A DNA stretch of 64,000 nucleotides from Octopus bimaculoides (GCF_001194135.2 NC_069006.1:25673008-25737007); one strand, 5' to 3'; positions 26,561 through 39,919 are shown, counted from the stretch's first letter. The notes: generated from the sequence alone by a model not told the origin. Program-made: numbers and translations.

Positions 26561-27473
26561 TATATACATATATATATCTTCAACACGCTCCAATCACTAA
26601 ACACGTTTAAACCCCAATAGTATCCNNNNNNNNNNNNNNNNNNNNNNNNNNNNNNNNNNNNNNNNNNNNNNNNNNNNNNNNNNNNNNNNNNNNNNNNNNN
26701 NNNNNNNNNNNNNNNNNNNNNNNNNNNNNNNNNNNNNNNNNNNNNNNNNNATGGGAAACAAATGGAAATTATTTCTAATTTACAACTTGGGGATTCAGAA
26801 ACCCTTTAATTAAGTTAAGGCCTCAGCTATTGTGCCCTACCCTCCCCCAAAACATCAAAAAATGTATTATTATTATTATTGGTGTTGTTGCTCTTCTTCT
26901 TCTTCTTCTTCTTCTTCTTCTTCTTCTTCTTCTTCTTCTTCTTCTCCTCCTTCTTCTTGTCCTCCTCCTCCTCCTCCTCCTCATCATCATCATAAATTAT
27001 TATTATCGTTACTATCGTCATTATCATTATCACTGCTGATGTTGTTGTTGTTGTTGTTGTTTCTTATTTTGATTGTCGTTTTATTTGTTGTTAATAATAC
27101 TAATAATATTCTCTTTATTGATATTTTATAACGATGACGATAAAGATGACGCCGATGACGACGACAACGATGATGATGGTGATGATGATGATTATGATGA
27201 TACTGATGACTGTGATGACGCCAACAACGATGATGGTGATCATGATGATGATGATAATGGTGATGATGTTGATAATTGTGATAATCGTGATGATGGTGAT
27301 GATGGTGATGAAGAAGGAGGTATATGGTGATGGAGGAGGAGGAAGAGGAGCAGTACCATTGTGATATATTTTACTGAAATCGTATTCCACTTTTCACCCA
27401 CAAAAATGTCACAATAATCGATTTAATCGATAAAATTTGAATGTAACATCATCTTATTTCCTCTAATATATAA

Positions 27474-27523
<50 letters not shown>

Positions 27524-27804
27524 CATATATACACACACACATACACATTTATACACACACACATATATATATACACACATATATATACATACACACATAT
27601 ACATGAATACATTCACACACATGCACACACAAATAGATGCATATACATATACACACACATATACATCCATACATACACACGCACACACATATAGACTCAA
27701 ATATCTATATACACACACTACTCTATATTATTACAGTGAAGAACAGCACTTCATTACTGACAACAATGCATGTATAATGAATAAGAGGATTGTGTGTGTG
27801 TGTG

Positions 27805-27940
27805 CGTGTGTGCAGGTGTGACTGTGTGGTAAGAAATTTGCTTCACTATCATGTGGTTCCAGGTTCAGTCCCACTGCATGGCACCTTGGGAAGATTTCTT
27901 CTACTATTGTTTCTGGGCCAACCAAAAACCTTGTGAGTAC
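27805..27940 (+). mobile_element. SINE family C head, truncated at ccttgtgagt
   Basis: gtgactgtgtggtaagaaatttgc...ccaggttcagtcccactgcatggcaccttggg. Confidence 0.85.
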
Positions 27941-27944
27941 CCCG

Positions 27945-28330
27945 ACGACAAAGAAATAAAAATCACGACCCACAAGGTAGACGTTACAACCCCCCCCCAC
28001 CATAACGAGATACCAACATAATTTTTGTGCCAACAACTTACTTAACAACCGTGCACAACAAAACCAAACCACACAAAATAATTACCGGTGATGACCCTCT
28101 AAAGCTCCACATCCGAACACGGAATATAAGGACACACTTTTCAGTCCCCATCCAAGAACCCACACCATGACAACAGGGTGCTACGCTACAACAGGGGACA
28201 GCCAGGTAACAGTTACCATCTCAATCATTTTTTAGTCCCAGTACGCAAACACAGGGATACGAGATGGCACCAGGCGCACAGGAGAAACTAAAAGTGATAA
28301 AAGTCATTAATCTAACCCCACAAACAACAT
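27945..28330 (+). mobile_element. highly degenerate Penelope-like ORF fragment (RT-endonuclease linker)
   Basis: Conceptual YNPPHHNEIPT ... HNKTKPHKII ... RTRNI resembles the PLE motif WYNPPYS..V.TN...HKLHKI...TRNI; several stops. Confidence 0.4.
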
Positions 28331-28337
28331 TTGAGAA

Positions 28338-28384
<47 letters not shown>

Positions 28385-28670
28385 ATGCGTGCGACTGTGT
28401 GTGCATGTGTGTATGTCTATGTATGTGAGATTGTGTGAGAGAACATATCAGACTGCCATTGTGTATGTGTGTGAGTGTGTGAACATATATACACACACAC
28501 ACATATACACCCATTTGCTTAATTATATATACATTTATAGTGGTTGTTTCAACTGTCAATGATGTTTGTTCGCTCCACACCATTTTGTTTTTTTTTGGCT
28601 GCCATAATCCAAGAGGAGGAAAAATAAGAAAGAACATATGTAAAAAAATAAATGTGTTGTCTTGCAGATA

Positions 28671-28756
<86 letters not shown>

Positions 28757-28852
28757 ACAGTCACACAAACACTGATGCACACACAAAGATATACGACACA
28801 TCATGCGCACATAGACACAAACAGGTATATGCAAACATAAATGCATACACAG

Positions 28853-28883
<31 letters not shown>

Positions 28884-29285
28884 CACACACATACACACAT
28901 CTATCCATACAGGTACATGCACTAAATCATACACACACACACACACATCTACAGATACACATCTGCACACACACATCTTCTTCATGTCCTCCATGCTAAT
29001 ATATTGGTGTATGGCAGTGATGGTGGGGAATGCGGACTGTTTTAAGAAGCTGAAGCTAAACTGAAGAATAATTGCAGAGTTGGCAGATGGGAAATAAAGC
29101 TCGTCAAGTTTGTGTTTTTGATTTAACAGCAATTTTATTGAAACAAGTCGAGTTTTATGTCTTTCAATGACAGATCCCCGCATTTTCGGAATATTTGATC
29201 AAATACACTTCATACTTAGTAGCTTATCTACCAACCTACTTACCTGCCTACCTGCCTGCCTACCTGCTATTACCTAGCTCACCTG

Positions 29286-29323
<38 letters not shown>

Positions 29324-29770
29324 AGTCTGTCTGTCTGTCTCTACCTACCTACTTTCTATGAGCCCTTTTGATCTCTGTTTTACTCCTCTGGGCCCCCATA
29401 TATATATATATATATATGGATATATATATATGGTTATGTATATATCTATGTGTGTGTGTGTCTTTGTGTCTGTTTGTGCCCCACCATTTCTTGACAACCA
29501 GTGTTGGTGTGTTTACATCCCCATAAGACTGATAGAACAAGAACCAGTCTGAAAAAGAAATGAGTCCTGGGGTGGATTCATTTGACTAAAAGTTCTTCTT
29601 GATGATGATGATGAGGACAGCGATGATTATGATGACGATGACGATCATGACAAAGAAGATAATGTCCTGTGTCTGTCTGTCCGTCCAGCTCTGATGATGG
29701 TGACAATGTCAACAGTGATGGTAACAATGATGATTGTCAATTGATAACAAAAACAAACAAAAAAACTTAC

Positions 29771-29773
29771 CAT
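29771..29773 (-). CDS. candidate start codon at an exon end (ATG|GTAAGT) of an unidentified gene
   Basis: Consensus donor directly after ATG, just downstream of a CpG-rich CCAAT island; no downstream exon identified. Confidence 0.3.
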
Positions 29774-30119
29774 CTCAACAAGTAAACAGAAGAGAGAGAT
29801 GCGGATAAGATAATGGTACCCACAGCTCTTAATTATAACGAAGGAACCTCATTAAAAGGACCAACCTTTTCTGTTTTTAATGTCCGTCCACCACCACCAC
29901 CACAAACAGCAACACCACCACCACCACTGTCGCTGCTTCCACCACCACCACTGCCCCCAACTCCACCACCAGTGCCCCCAGCTCCACCACCACCATAATA
30001 ACCTTGTAATTGTTATCGATCAAAAAAAATACCAAAAAATACCAAAAATAAGAAGTAAAAGAAAAAGCAAAAGAAAAACAAATTTAACTTTTGGAGTCAA
30101 AAAGAAAAAAATCTACAAA

Positions 30120-30540
30120 ATGTCAAAAAACTTTCTCCCCAATCGTGGCAATGAGACTATAAGTTTTCGCGAATTGGTTTCAATCAATATTTTCGTTCTA
30201 TTAAATTTTCAACAGATTTAATAACTCTTCAAGATAACGGTGCGTTTGCCACGAGGTGAAATACTAACATTGTTGCATTCGTAATTAGAAAAATCAATTA
30301 AAATATCCTTGTTATGTTTATTTTTTCAACATCTCCGAAAAACCCGCAAGACAAACAACTTGGTTTTGTTTTGGCCTTTTTGTTTTGTTTTCTTGTAATA
30401 TGAAATGGAATTTAAGAGAAGAACTAGTGAAAACAAATCGCTGATTGGTTGCTGAAAGGCGAGTGAGGTTAAGGTGAAGAAGCGCTTCTTTTGGTAACTT
30501 TTACTGGAACGCAGAAGCGCCATGTGTCAAGACGTCTTTG
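30120..30540. promoter_or_regulatory. probable promoter (CpG-enriched island with CCAAT boxes)
   Basis: Many intact CpGs in otherwise CpG-poor non-repeat DNA; CCAAT at 30139-30143, ATTGG at 30173-30177 and 30444-30448. Confidence 0.45.
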
Positions 30541-32769
30541 GAATATTTCTAATTTGCCCAAGTCTAGGCTCTGTTGAGCCATTAATTTTTCTGCAGATTG
30601 AGTTAATAAGTGATGAATTTGTTTCTTTATGACAGATGTGATTTACATATGATGTACATGATTAACATGACTGATTGCAAACAAGGAGAAAGAATACCTG
30701 AAAGACAGAAATGCTTGCTGATAGATGGAAGACCTGGACGGGAAGCTTTGGATATTTTCATTGTTTGTTATCTATCTGTCTGTCAGTCAATCAATCAACC
30801 AATCAATCAATCAGTCTATCCATCTGGTTATCTGTCTGTCAATCTATGTATCTGTCTATTTATCCATCTATCTATCTTAGTCTATCTACCAACCTATCTG
30901 TCTGCCTGTCTATCTAAGTTTATCTACTGAGCTATGTGTTTGTCTACCTGCTTATCTACTTATATACGTCTCTCAGTCTCTTTCTCCATCTCTCTCACCA
31001 TTGATCTATCTATCAATCTGACTTTCTGCCAGTCTGTGTCGGCCTCTCTCTTTCTCTTTCTATCTGTTTCAACCTATCGATTGTTCATTAGTTTTGTCTA
31101 AGAATTCCTTATCCAGTCCCTCACATATACCACAAGTTCTTAAACATCAATAATATAAGGTAGACTGTGGCTGTTTGGAGAGTATTGCTTCACAGATCTC
31201 ATTCACTTCCCAGTCTATGGTTCACATTCAACTAATCTGTGCTTGAAACTTCAGGAGGACCTTAAACTGGCCACTTAGGGAGTTTTGTCTCACTAAGTGG
31301 CATATGGAACAAGCACGAAACCCTCAGATGGTGTGGAAGAAGATTACATAATACGCATGTGTATGTATATGTGTGTATGTATAAATATATATATATATAT
31401 ATATATAGGTACATATGTATGAGCATGTGTGTGTGTATATCTGTATGCATTTGTCTATGTGTGCATATGGATGTATATATATGTAGGTGTATACACATGT
31501 ATCTGTATACATGTGATTATGTGTGCATATATGTATNNNNNNNNNNATGTATATATATGTAGGTGTATACACATGTATCTGTATACATGTGATTATGTGT
31601 GCATATATGTATGTGTGAGTGTAGGTATACATGTGTGTATTTATGAGTGTGTGTGCGTGCATGCATGTGGTATACATGTGTGTATTTATGAGTGTGTGTG
31701 CGTGCATGCATGTGGTATACATGTGTGTGAATAAGGCAGATTTCAAGTTAAGGATTTTGGTGTTTTTACCTGTCTTAAATGGTTTAACGAAATCTTCTCG
31801 CATGGATAAAAGTAAAGTCTGTTGGTCTTAAATCCACCATGATAGCCATAAACGCAGGCAATACCATCAACAGGTGCCTCTAAACCATCACCACACACAC
31901 ACACACGCACACGCAGATGCACATGCAGAACAGGTGCTTGCATAAGAATGGTCAGGTGTGAGAAGGCTGGATGGCGGTGGGGGNNNNNNNNNNNNNNNNN
32001 NNNNNNNNNNNNNNNNNNNNNNNNNNNNNNNNNNNNNNNNNNNNNNNNNNNNNNNNNNNNNNNNNNNNNNNNNNNNNNNNNNNNNNNNNNNNNNNNNNNN
32101 NNNNNNNNNNNNNNNNNNNNNNNNNNNNNNNNNNNNNNNNNNNNNNNNNNNNNNNNNNNNNNNNNNNNNNNNNNNNNNNNNNNNNNNNNNNNNNNNNNNN
32201 NNNNNNNNNNNNNNNNNNNNNNNNNNNNNNNNNNNNNNNNNNNNNNNNNNNNNNNNNNNNNNNNNNNNNNNNNNNNNNNNNNNNNNNNNNNNNNNNNNNN
32301 NNNNNNNNNNNNNNNNNNNNNNNNNNNNNNNNNNNNNNNNNNNNNCCACCACCACCACCACCACCACCACCACTAATCCCTGTTAATCCTGCCTGCAGTT
32401 GGTTTATCTTGTTTTTTCTCTTTTTATCTGGTTTCAACATTAAAACACGTCAGGCTTGTTGCTGTGTGAGTGTTTGGATTGGAATGGCTTGGACATGCAA
32501 CGCAGGGATTGGGGTCAGAGGTCATCACATAGACGATGATGGTGACGGTGATGATGATTATGGTGTTGATGATGTTAGTAGTGGTGGCGGTGGCAGTGGT
32601 GATGGTGGTGGTGGTAGTTGTGTTGTGGTGTTATTTTCTGATATTACTAAAAATGCTGATCTTGTTAATCTTGCTGTTGTTGTTGGATGTGATGGAAGTT
32701 AGATTTGGCTGCTATTTTTTGAAGGTCGGACAACAACATGAGAAGCTTATCATCTTCTCGCTCTTTATA

Positions 32770-33360
32770 TATTTATATCTAAAATTGTATATGTATATAA
32801 GATTGTATATCAAGTTGTATATTTGTGTATAAAGTATATCTGTGCATAAACTTGTGTATATCTGTGTAAAAACTGTATATATATGTCTAAACTTCTGTAT
32901 GTGTATGAAAGTGTATATTTGTGAACAAAATTGAGTATGCGTAAATATAATTGTATACTTGGGTATATTTGTATATAAACTTACAAATCAGTACATAAAA
33001 TGGTGCATCTGTGGAAAAATTATTCATGTCTAAGATTGTACACGCATATATATGTGTATATTTGTGAATAAAATTAAGTATGTATATATAAAATTGCATA
33101 CTTGGATATAAAATTGTATATTGATGTATAAAATTGAGTATTTGTGTAAAAAAATGTTGTTTATATAGATATATACAGTTATATGTCAATATATAAAGTG
33201 CGTTTATATAGATAATTATATATTTGGGTATTAAATTATATATCTGTATAAAAGTGTTTATTTGAGCATAAAACGAAGCACATGTATATAGAATAATATA
33301 TTTGTGCATAAAATTGTGTCTGTATAAATCTGAGTGTATATATATATATATGAAATTGTG
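32770..33360. repeat. degenerate AT-rich minisatellite (tgtatataaa / aaattgtatat variants)
   Basis: Recurrent tgtat.taaa and aaattg motifs at roughly 20-nt spacing over about 600 nt. Confidence 0.65.
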
Positions 33361-34004
33361 TGTGTCTGTGTAAAAGTGGTTCAATATGGTCGTTTACACA
33401 TTGTCCTCTAGACTTTACCAGGTTTTCAAAGATCACTACAAAGGAGACCACATGAAATGCTGCATAATTCATTTAGTTACCTTGGTACTTGTGTGTCTCT
33501 GTGTGTATGTGTGTATCTATATATATATATANNNNNNNNNNNNNNNNNNNNNNNNNNNNNNNNNNNNNNNNNNNNNNNNNNNNNNNNNNNNNNNNNNNNN
33601 NNNNNNNNNNNNNNNNNNNNNNNNNNNNNNNNNNNNNNNNNNNNNNNNNNNNNNNNNNNNNNNNNNNNNNNNNNNNNNNNNNNNNNNNNNNNNNNNNNNN
33701 NNNNNNNNNNNNNNNNNNNNNNNNNNNNNNNNNNATATATGTATATATATATATACATACACACACACACACACACAAATATATAGATAGACAGTTAGAT
33801 AGATAGATAGTGTGAATGTATATATGTGTGTATGTAAGTACATATATGTTTTATGTATATATGTGTTTGTGTATTTCTGTGTGTTTATGTGTACGATGTA
33901 AATATTTGTGGTGATGACTGAGAACTATATGTGTGTATATGTATACACACACACACACAGAAACGCACACACATACATGTATGCACAAATACACACACAC
34001 ACAC

Positions 34005-34105
34005 TATGTGGCACCTTGGGCAAGTATTTTCTACTATAGCCCCAGGTCAATCAAAGCCTTGCGAGTGGATTTGGTAGATGGAAACTGAAAGAAGCCTGTT
34101 GAGTA
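34005..34105 (+). mobile_element. SINE family C fragment
   Basis: gtggcaccttgggcaagt...gagtggatttggtagatggaaactgaaagaagcc. Confidence 0.85.
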
Positions 34106-34189
34106 AGTGTGTGAGTGTGTGTGTTTGTGCGTGTGCATATATATATACATATACATACATGCATACATATATATATATATGTATATATA

Positions 34190-34236
<47 letters not shown>

Positions 34237-35049
34237 TTTGAGTATACTCTACAACAATTCCATAAATACCTGGCCTACAATGTCATTCTAAAAAAGAACA
34301 ATCCCATTACTGAAATCTCAAAGCTATGAGATAATCCATGATTAATTCAAAACTATGTGAATAAATAAGGATTACATTTGACAGAGTAATCTGAATGCTA
34401 AAGGGTTAAACAGACCATATTCTACCTGTTTTATGTTCGAACTGGCCATATCTGACCTCTCACACCTACCTTACAATGTCTTTCTAAAAACGTACAATCG
34501 CATCATTGAAATCTAACAGTTAAAAGACAATTTGTGATTAATTGAAAACAATGGGAATAAATAAGCATTAACGTTCGACAGAATAAATTTGAATGCTGAA
34601 TGGTTAAACATATTTAGTATTAATATATTCTTCGTGTTCTGTATAAACGTGTCCACTGTTGACAAGCCATTCATTAAACTAGTTGTAATTATGGTTCAAC
34701 AAATGGTATTATTTCTCTGATGAAATCAGCAGACAATCGTATTCTTTGGAATAGCAAAGTGTTTCTAAGAAATAAAACAGAAATTCTGTTTCTGTTTTGG
34801 TTTTGGTTTTACCGTTTTTGTTTCCATTGCATATTGAGTAGATTAGATGAGGATGATGATGGTGAGTATGATGGTGGAGGTGGTGGTGGTGGTGGCAATA
34901 ACGACAACTACAACAACAATGATGATGATGATGCTGTTGATGATGATGATGATGGTGGTGGTGGCAGTGACAACGACAATGATGATGATGTCAATGGTGA
35001 TGGTGGCGGCGGCAGCGGTGGTGATGACAATGATGGTGATGATGCTGAA

Positions 35050-35390
35050 GATGGCCGTGTGGTTAAGAAGCTTGCTTTGCAACCATGCTGGTTTCGGGTT
35101 CCGTCTCACAGCATGGCACCTTGGGCCAGCCAAAGCTTTCTGAGTGGATTTGGTAGATAGAAACTGTATAGAAGCCTGTTGTATCTACAAATATATATAT
35201 GTTTATATGTGTGTGTCTTTGTGCCAAAGTTAGTCCTCACACTACTTGCTGACCAATGTTGGTTCGTTTATGTGCCTGCGACTTAAAAGGTTTGGCAAAA
35301 GGCATTTCAAGAATAAGTTACCTGACTTAAAAATAATATAAGTACTTGGGTTGATTTCTTCAATGAAATCCTTCAAAGCTGGTTGGGAAC
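35050..35390 (+). mobile_element. SINE family C, diverged, internally deleted
   Basis: tggccgtgtggttaagaagcttgc head through to the gggttgatttcttc tail. Confidence 0.75.
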
Positions 35391-36479
35391 CCCTGTTCCA
35401 GAGCTTCTGTTGATTTTGTGGTTGAATGTTGAATTAATTTCTACCTTCTGATTGGTTGTCTGCTATCAGACAGCAAAACCTGAAGCAGCACAGAATGTTG
35501 TTTTGTGTCAGATTAGCTTATAAAATCTTATTAAATTCTCAGAGTTCTTCTCACAGAAACTTCCTCACAAATTCTTCAGAATATGCAGCAATAAGATTAG
35601 AATGTTTAGAACACGTTCTTTTGCAATACCATGCAAGTGACTTGAATCCTTGAAAGGAAACCAAAAGTGTGAAACAATTCCAGATAAACTTTCAGAACTT
35701 TTTCACAGAATAGAGAAAGGATTAGTGAGTTGACGTTTCCTAAATACACAGACTTTGGCGCTGATATAAAAAAACAAACAGGAAATTTGATAAAAAGTGA
35801 AAACCTGATGGTGGCATTACGAAGAAGCAAATTCTTTCACAAGCAGAGGAAGGAGTTTTTATGTGGTTATTCAATCTGCTAGAAATAGCAGCCAATACCT
35901 CCTCTATTTCTTTCCTACACATTCTGTTTGTCTTTTGTAAATTCTCACTATATATATATGTGTGTGTGTGTTTATATATATATATAGAGAGAGAGAGAGA
36001 GGGAGGGACAGAGAGAGAGGAGAATATTTAAGAGATGTTATGTTTGTGAAGTTTTGTGATTGAAGCAGAAGTTATAGTATTCTAAGTGGGTGTTTATTGT
36101 TGAAGGGTGTAGGGGTTGGTGTGGGGGTGTGGAGCAGGGGGAAATGTGTTCCAGAAGTTGACAAGGGATAGAATATTGGAGAAGGGATGAATCAACATGT
36201 TAGATTGTTTAGAGAGTAGGAGAGGGGAGAGGGCAAGAGAGAGAGAGAGAGACACACACAGAGAGGGGTAGGTAGGCAGACAGGTAAGTAGGTTGAGGTG
36301 AGTGAGAGAAAGAGAGTGACAGATGGAAAGAAAGAGAGAGGGGAGTAAATTGTAAAGAAGTGGGACATAGAGAGATGGACTGAGAGAGAGAGAGAGAGAG
36401 AGAGTGATGAGGAGAGAGAAAAAGAGACAGATTAAGAAACTTGGAGAGAAAAAGAACTGAGAGAACGAAAGTGAGATTG

Positions 36480-36531
<52 letters not shown>

Positions 36532-37579
36532 CTTTAGGAGAGAATTAGGGAAAAAAGACTGAAATAGTGAGAGAAGGAGAGAAATAATAAAATAGATGAA
36601 TAGACAGACAGACAGACAGCTAGGTAGGTGGGTGGATGGATGGATAGACTGATCGATTGATAGATAGATAATTAGATAAATTGATTGACAGACAAAGAGG
36701 TAGATCGATAGATAGAGAGACAGACAGATAGCTAGATAGATAAATAGAGGGTGGGGAGAAGAATGGTCAATAGTAAGATTCAGGTGAAATAGATATAAAC
36801 ATGATGGAGATAAAATAGTCCGAAATGTTGTTTTATTTAATCTGACATGCAACAGTTACGGGATTTAATATTATACATTAAAGGTAACGAAATTTCTGTT
36901 TGTGCATGTGTGTGTGTATGTGTCTATAAGATTAGATGTGGATGTATGTGTGTGCATGAAGGAGAAGAAACGAAAGAACAGAGGAGGAGGAAGAAGAAAT
37001 TGAAGAAGACGAAGAAGAGGAATAGAAAGAAGCCAATAGTATTTCGTGCAACCAATGGTTGATGTGAATCTCAATTGTACGGCGTTTGGTTTTATTTCTG
37101 TTAATGGGTGCCTTTCTTTTGCAAGTTGCAAAGCAAAGGGGGCAGTTAAGATCCATTAACATCCACAAGCATCGACAACAACGACAGCAGCAACAACAAC
37201 AACAACAACAACAGCAGCTAGTACTACGACATGAACCACAACGACAGCCATCCACCACCACCACCACCACCACAAACGCCACCTTTACAACAACATCAAC
37301 AACAATGACGATAATAACAAAAGCGATCAACACTGCAATTATCCATGTCTTCAGTTGTCGAACTTAACGGTAAACGAAGAGAGAGAGACGCAACATCAAA
37401 GAGGAAGTTTCTCCTTCATTCTCTTGTTCTTTACTTCGACAAGGTGTGCGGGTGTGTATTTATATAAATACATGTGTATAGATGTATATGTATATATACA
37501 TACATTCATATATATAAATCTATGTATAAAATATGTGTACATGTATGCACATGTACACACGTGTGTGTGTGTGTGTGTG

Positions 37580-37611
<32 letters not shown>

Positions 37612-37928
37612 GATACACACACACACATGTATTTGTATACATACACTTACACGCATGTATACACACACATATATATACATTTATTTACACATAAATGTAC
37701 AAAGATATATATCAATCAATCATTCAATCAATCAATCGATCTATCCATCAATCTATATATATACATGTGTGTGTGAGTGTGTGTGTATGTATATATGTGT
37801 GCTTGTATATGCGTATATGTGGTGTGTGTGTGTATATATATATATATATGCATGTGTGTGTGTGTGTGTGTACATGCATATGCACAAACTCACACACACA
37901 CACACACGTCCACATATATCCTAGATTG

Positions 37929-37960
<32 letters not shown>

Positions 37961-38194
37961 TTCCTACTCCTTCCTTCTCTCCGATATGTAATCAAAAGCC
38001 GTTTCGTCTGCACCTCTGCCCTCACCACTCTCCTGCTGGCATCTTCGGTGATTGTACAGAACAAGCTATAAAGCGAGGGACACTAAAACACGACTAGTGC
38101 CACCAAATACCAGTGTTTATTATTCATAGTTACTAACTTAATGCTACCGTCTATGATATTCTGCCATCGGCCTTTTGTTATTACTTCTTATAGC

Positions 38195-38481
38195 AGCATC
38201 ATCATCATTGTCATCATCGTCATCGTCATCAACATCATCATCATCATCATCATCATTGTCATCTTTGTCATCATCATGATCATCATCATCATTATTATCG
38301 TTTATTTACCTTATTGTCATCGTCATCATCGTCATCATCCTAAGACCTCTCCTCCTCCTCCTCATCATCATCATCCTAAGCCTCCACCTCTTTCTCATCG
38401 TCATCATCACTACCATTGTTCTTTTCCGCATCGTCATCATCATCGTCATTGTCATCATCATCATCATCGTCATCATCATCG

Positions 38482-38513
<32 letters not shown>

Positions 38514-38540
38514 GTCATCACCAGTGTCATTGTCGTTGCC
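38195..38540. repeat. degenerate (CAT)n tract
   Basis: Visible directly; explains the poly-H/I/S/M ORFs. Confidence 0.9.
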
Positions 38541-38869
38541 AGCATCATTGCCATTTGTTTGTCATAAAAATATAATTATAATAATTAATAACAATAGTAA
38601 TATCGATGGCATTGAGGGATGAGGGAGGTGGGGGGGGGGTCTACCCTTGATCAATCCGGAGTATTATGACATCTCCCCCCCCCCCAAAATGCAAAACAAA
38701 GTTTTGTTGAATGTATTTGAAATCTATGGTGTACCACCTCCGCACAAACATAACACAGCATATTTGCTGACCTGATTATAGATCCAGATTGTCTCCCATA
38801 CAAAACGTTTTGTTAAGGTTGTTTGTTTTGCACCATTGGTTTGCCTGTGAAGATGCGTGATTTAGTGAA

Positions 38870-39000
38870 TAATGAGACTTGGCTCGCAATTGTAAGGTTG
38901 TAAGTTCAATTCCTGGTGACGCATTGGGTCCTTGAGAAAAGGCGCATTATTCCACGTTGCTCCAGTCCACTCAGCTGGCAAAAATGAGTTGTACCTGTAA
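38870..39000 (+). mobile_element. SINE family D, diverged
   Basis: gtaagttcaattcctgg...tccttgag...gttgctccagtccactcagctggcaaaaatgag. Confidence 0.7.
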
Positions 39001-39004
39001 TTCA

Positions 39005-39200
39005 TGCTGGGCAAAGTGCTTAGCAGTATTTCATGTGCTGTTACGTTCTGAGTTCAAATTCCGCCGAGGTCGACTTTGCCTTTCATCCTTTCAGGGTTGA
39101 TTAAATAAGTACCAGTTATGCACTGGGGTTGATGTAATCGACTTGATCCCTTTGTTTGTCCTCTCTATGTTTAGCCCCCTGTGGGTAATAAAGAAATATA
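39005..39200 (+). mobile_element. SINE family A, full length
   Basis: gttctgagttcaaattccgccgaggtcgactttgcctttcatcctttcagggttgattaaataagtaccag...gtaataaagaaata. Confidence 0.9.
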
Positions 39201-39209
39201 TAATAAACT

Positions 39210-39248
39210 GGAAGTACCAGTTTCGTGTCTTACGCTTATCAAACTTCC
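39210..39248 (-). ncRNA. minimal hammerhead-like motif with U3/A8 core, copy 1
   Basis: GGAAG-T-TTGATAA-GCGT aag ACAC-GAAA-CTGG-TA-CTTCC. Confidence 0.55.
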
Positions 39249-39762
39249 AATGTCTCAAATTTGAGTACAGAGAGATTTTTTGTTAAATCATGGGGATACC
39301 ATTTTTGTTGTTGACAATAATCGCCAGATATATCTCGGCGAACATATTAACGTCTGTGCTAAACAACTGCAACCACAATTCTATATATTCCCTCTGTACA
39401 GATTTGCTGACTGGACTTCATCAGAAGCTCATCTTAAAGAAACCTCATTCATCCAGAAATATAAACCAGAACTGAACATTAATTCATTTTAGTAACAACC
39501 AGCCCCCACTAGAACAGAACAACAATCAATTCTTCTCTCCACCCTTGAAATATTTGTAAATAACCCCTAAAACTTGTGTATATATCTCACAAATCTGTAT
39601 ACATTAAGAATATCAATCCAAAGACCCTAACAAGACTTTGAAAGTAATTTTCAGACAAATTGAAGAGTTACTTCCCTTTGACTGCAAAAATTATTGTCAA
39701 CAACAAAAATGGCACCCCCATGATTTAACTAAAATTCTCTTTGTACTCAAATCTGAGACCTT

Positions 39763-39801
39763 GGAAGTTTGATAAGCATAAGACGCGAAACTGGTATTCC
39801 C
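39763..39801 (+). ncRNA. minimal hammerhead-like motif with U3/A8 core, copy 2
   Basis: GGAAG-T-TTGATAA-GCAT aag ACGC-GAAA-CTGG-TA-TTCCC. Confidence 0.5.
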
Positions 39802-39919
39802 AGTTCATTATATAATGTTGTAATACAACTCTGTTTCATTACGATATTAATATTAGCATAAATTTTATTATTCAAACCTCCTGTGTGTTTTTACATATTT
39901 TTCTTTATTAAATATATAT

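Larger units (their letters stand above)
39203..39808 (+). mobile_element. Penelope-like element remnant: GIY-YIG C-terminus with inverted pseudo-LTR segments
   Basis: EHINVCAKQLQPQFYIFPLYRF...KETSFIQKYKPELN* (about 39340-39492) resembles PLE GIY-YIG C-termini; 78-bp inverted repeats at 39203-39280 and 39731-39808. Confidence 0.8.

Noticed and set aside
31460-31730. Tandem duplications next to 10-N gaps (also 24915-25095)
   Set aside because: Identical sequence either side of a fixed 10-N spacer is a typical scaffolding overlap artefact, so copy number is not trustworthy.
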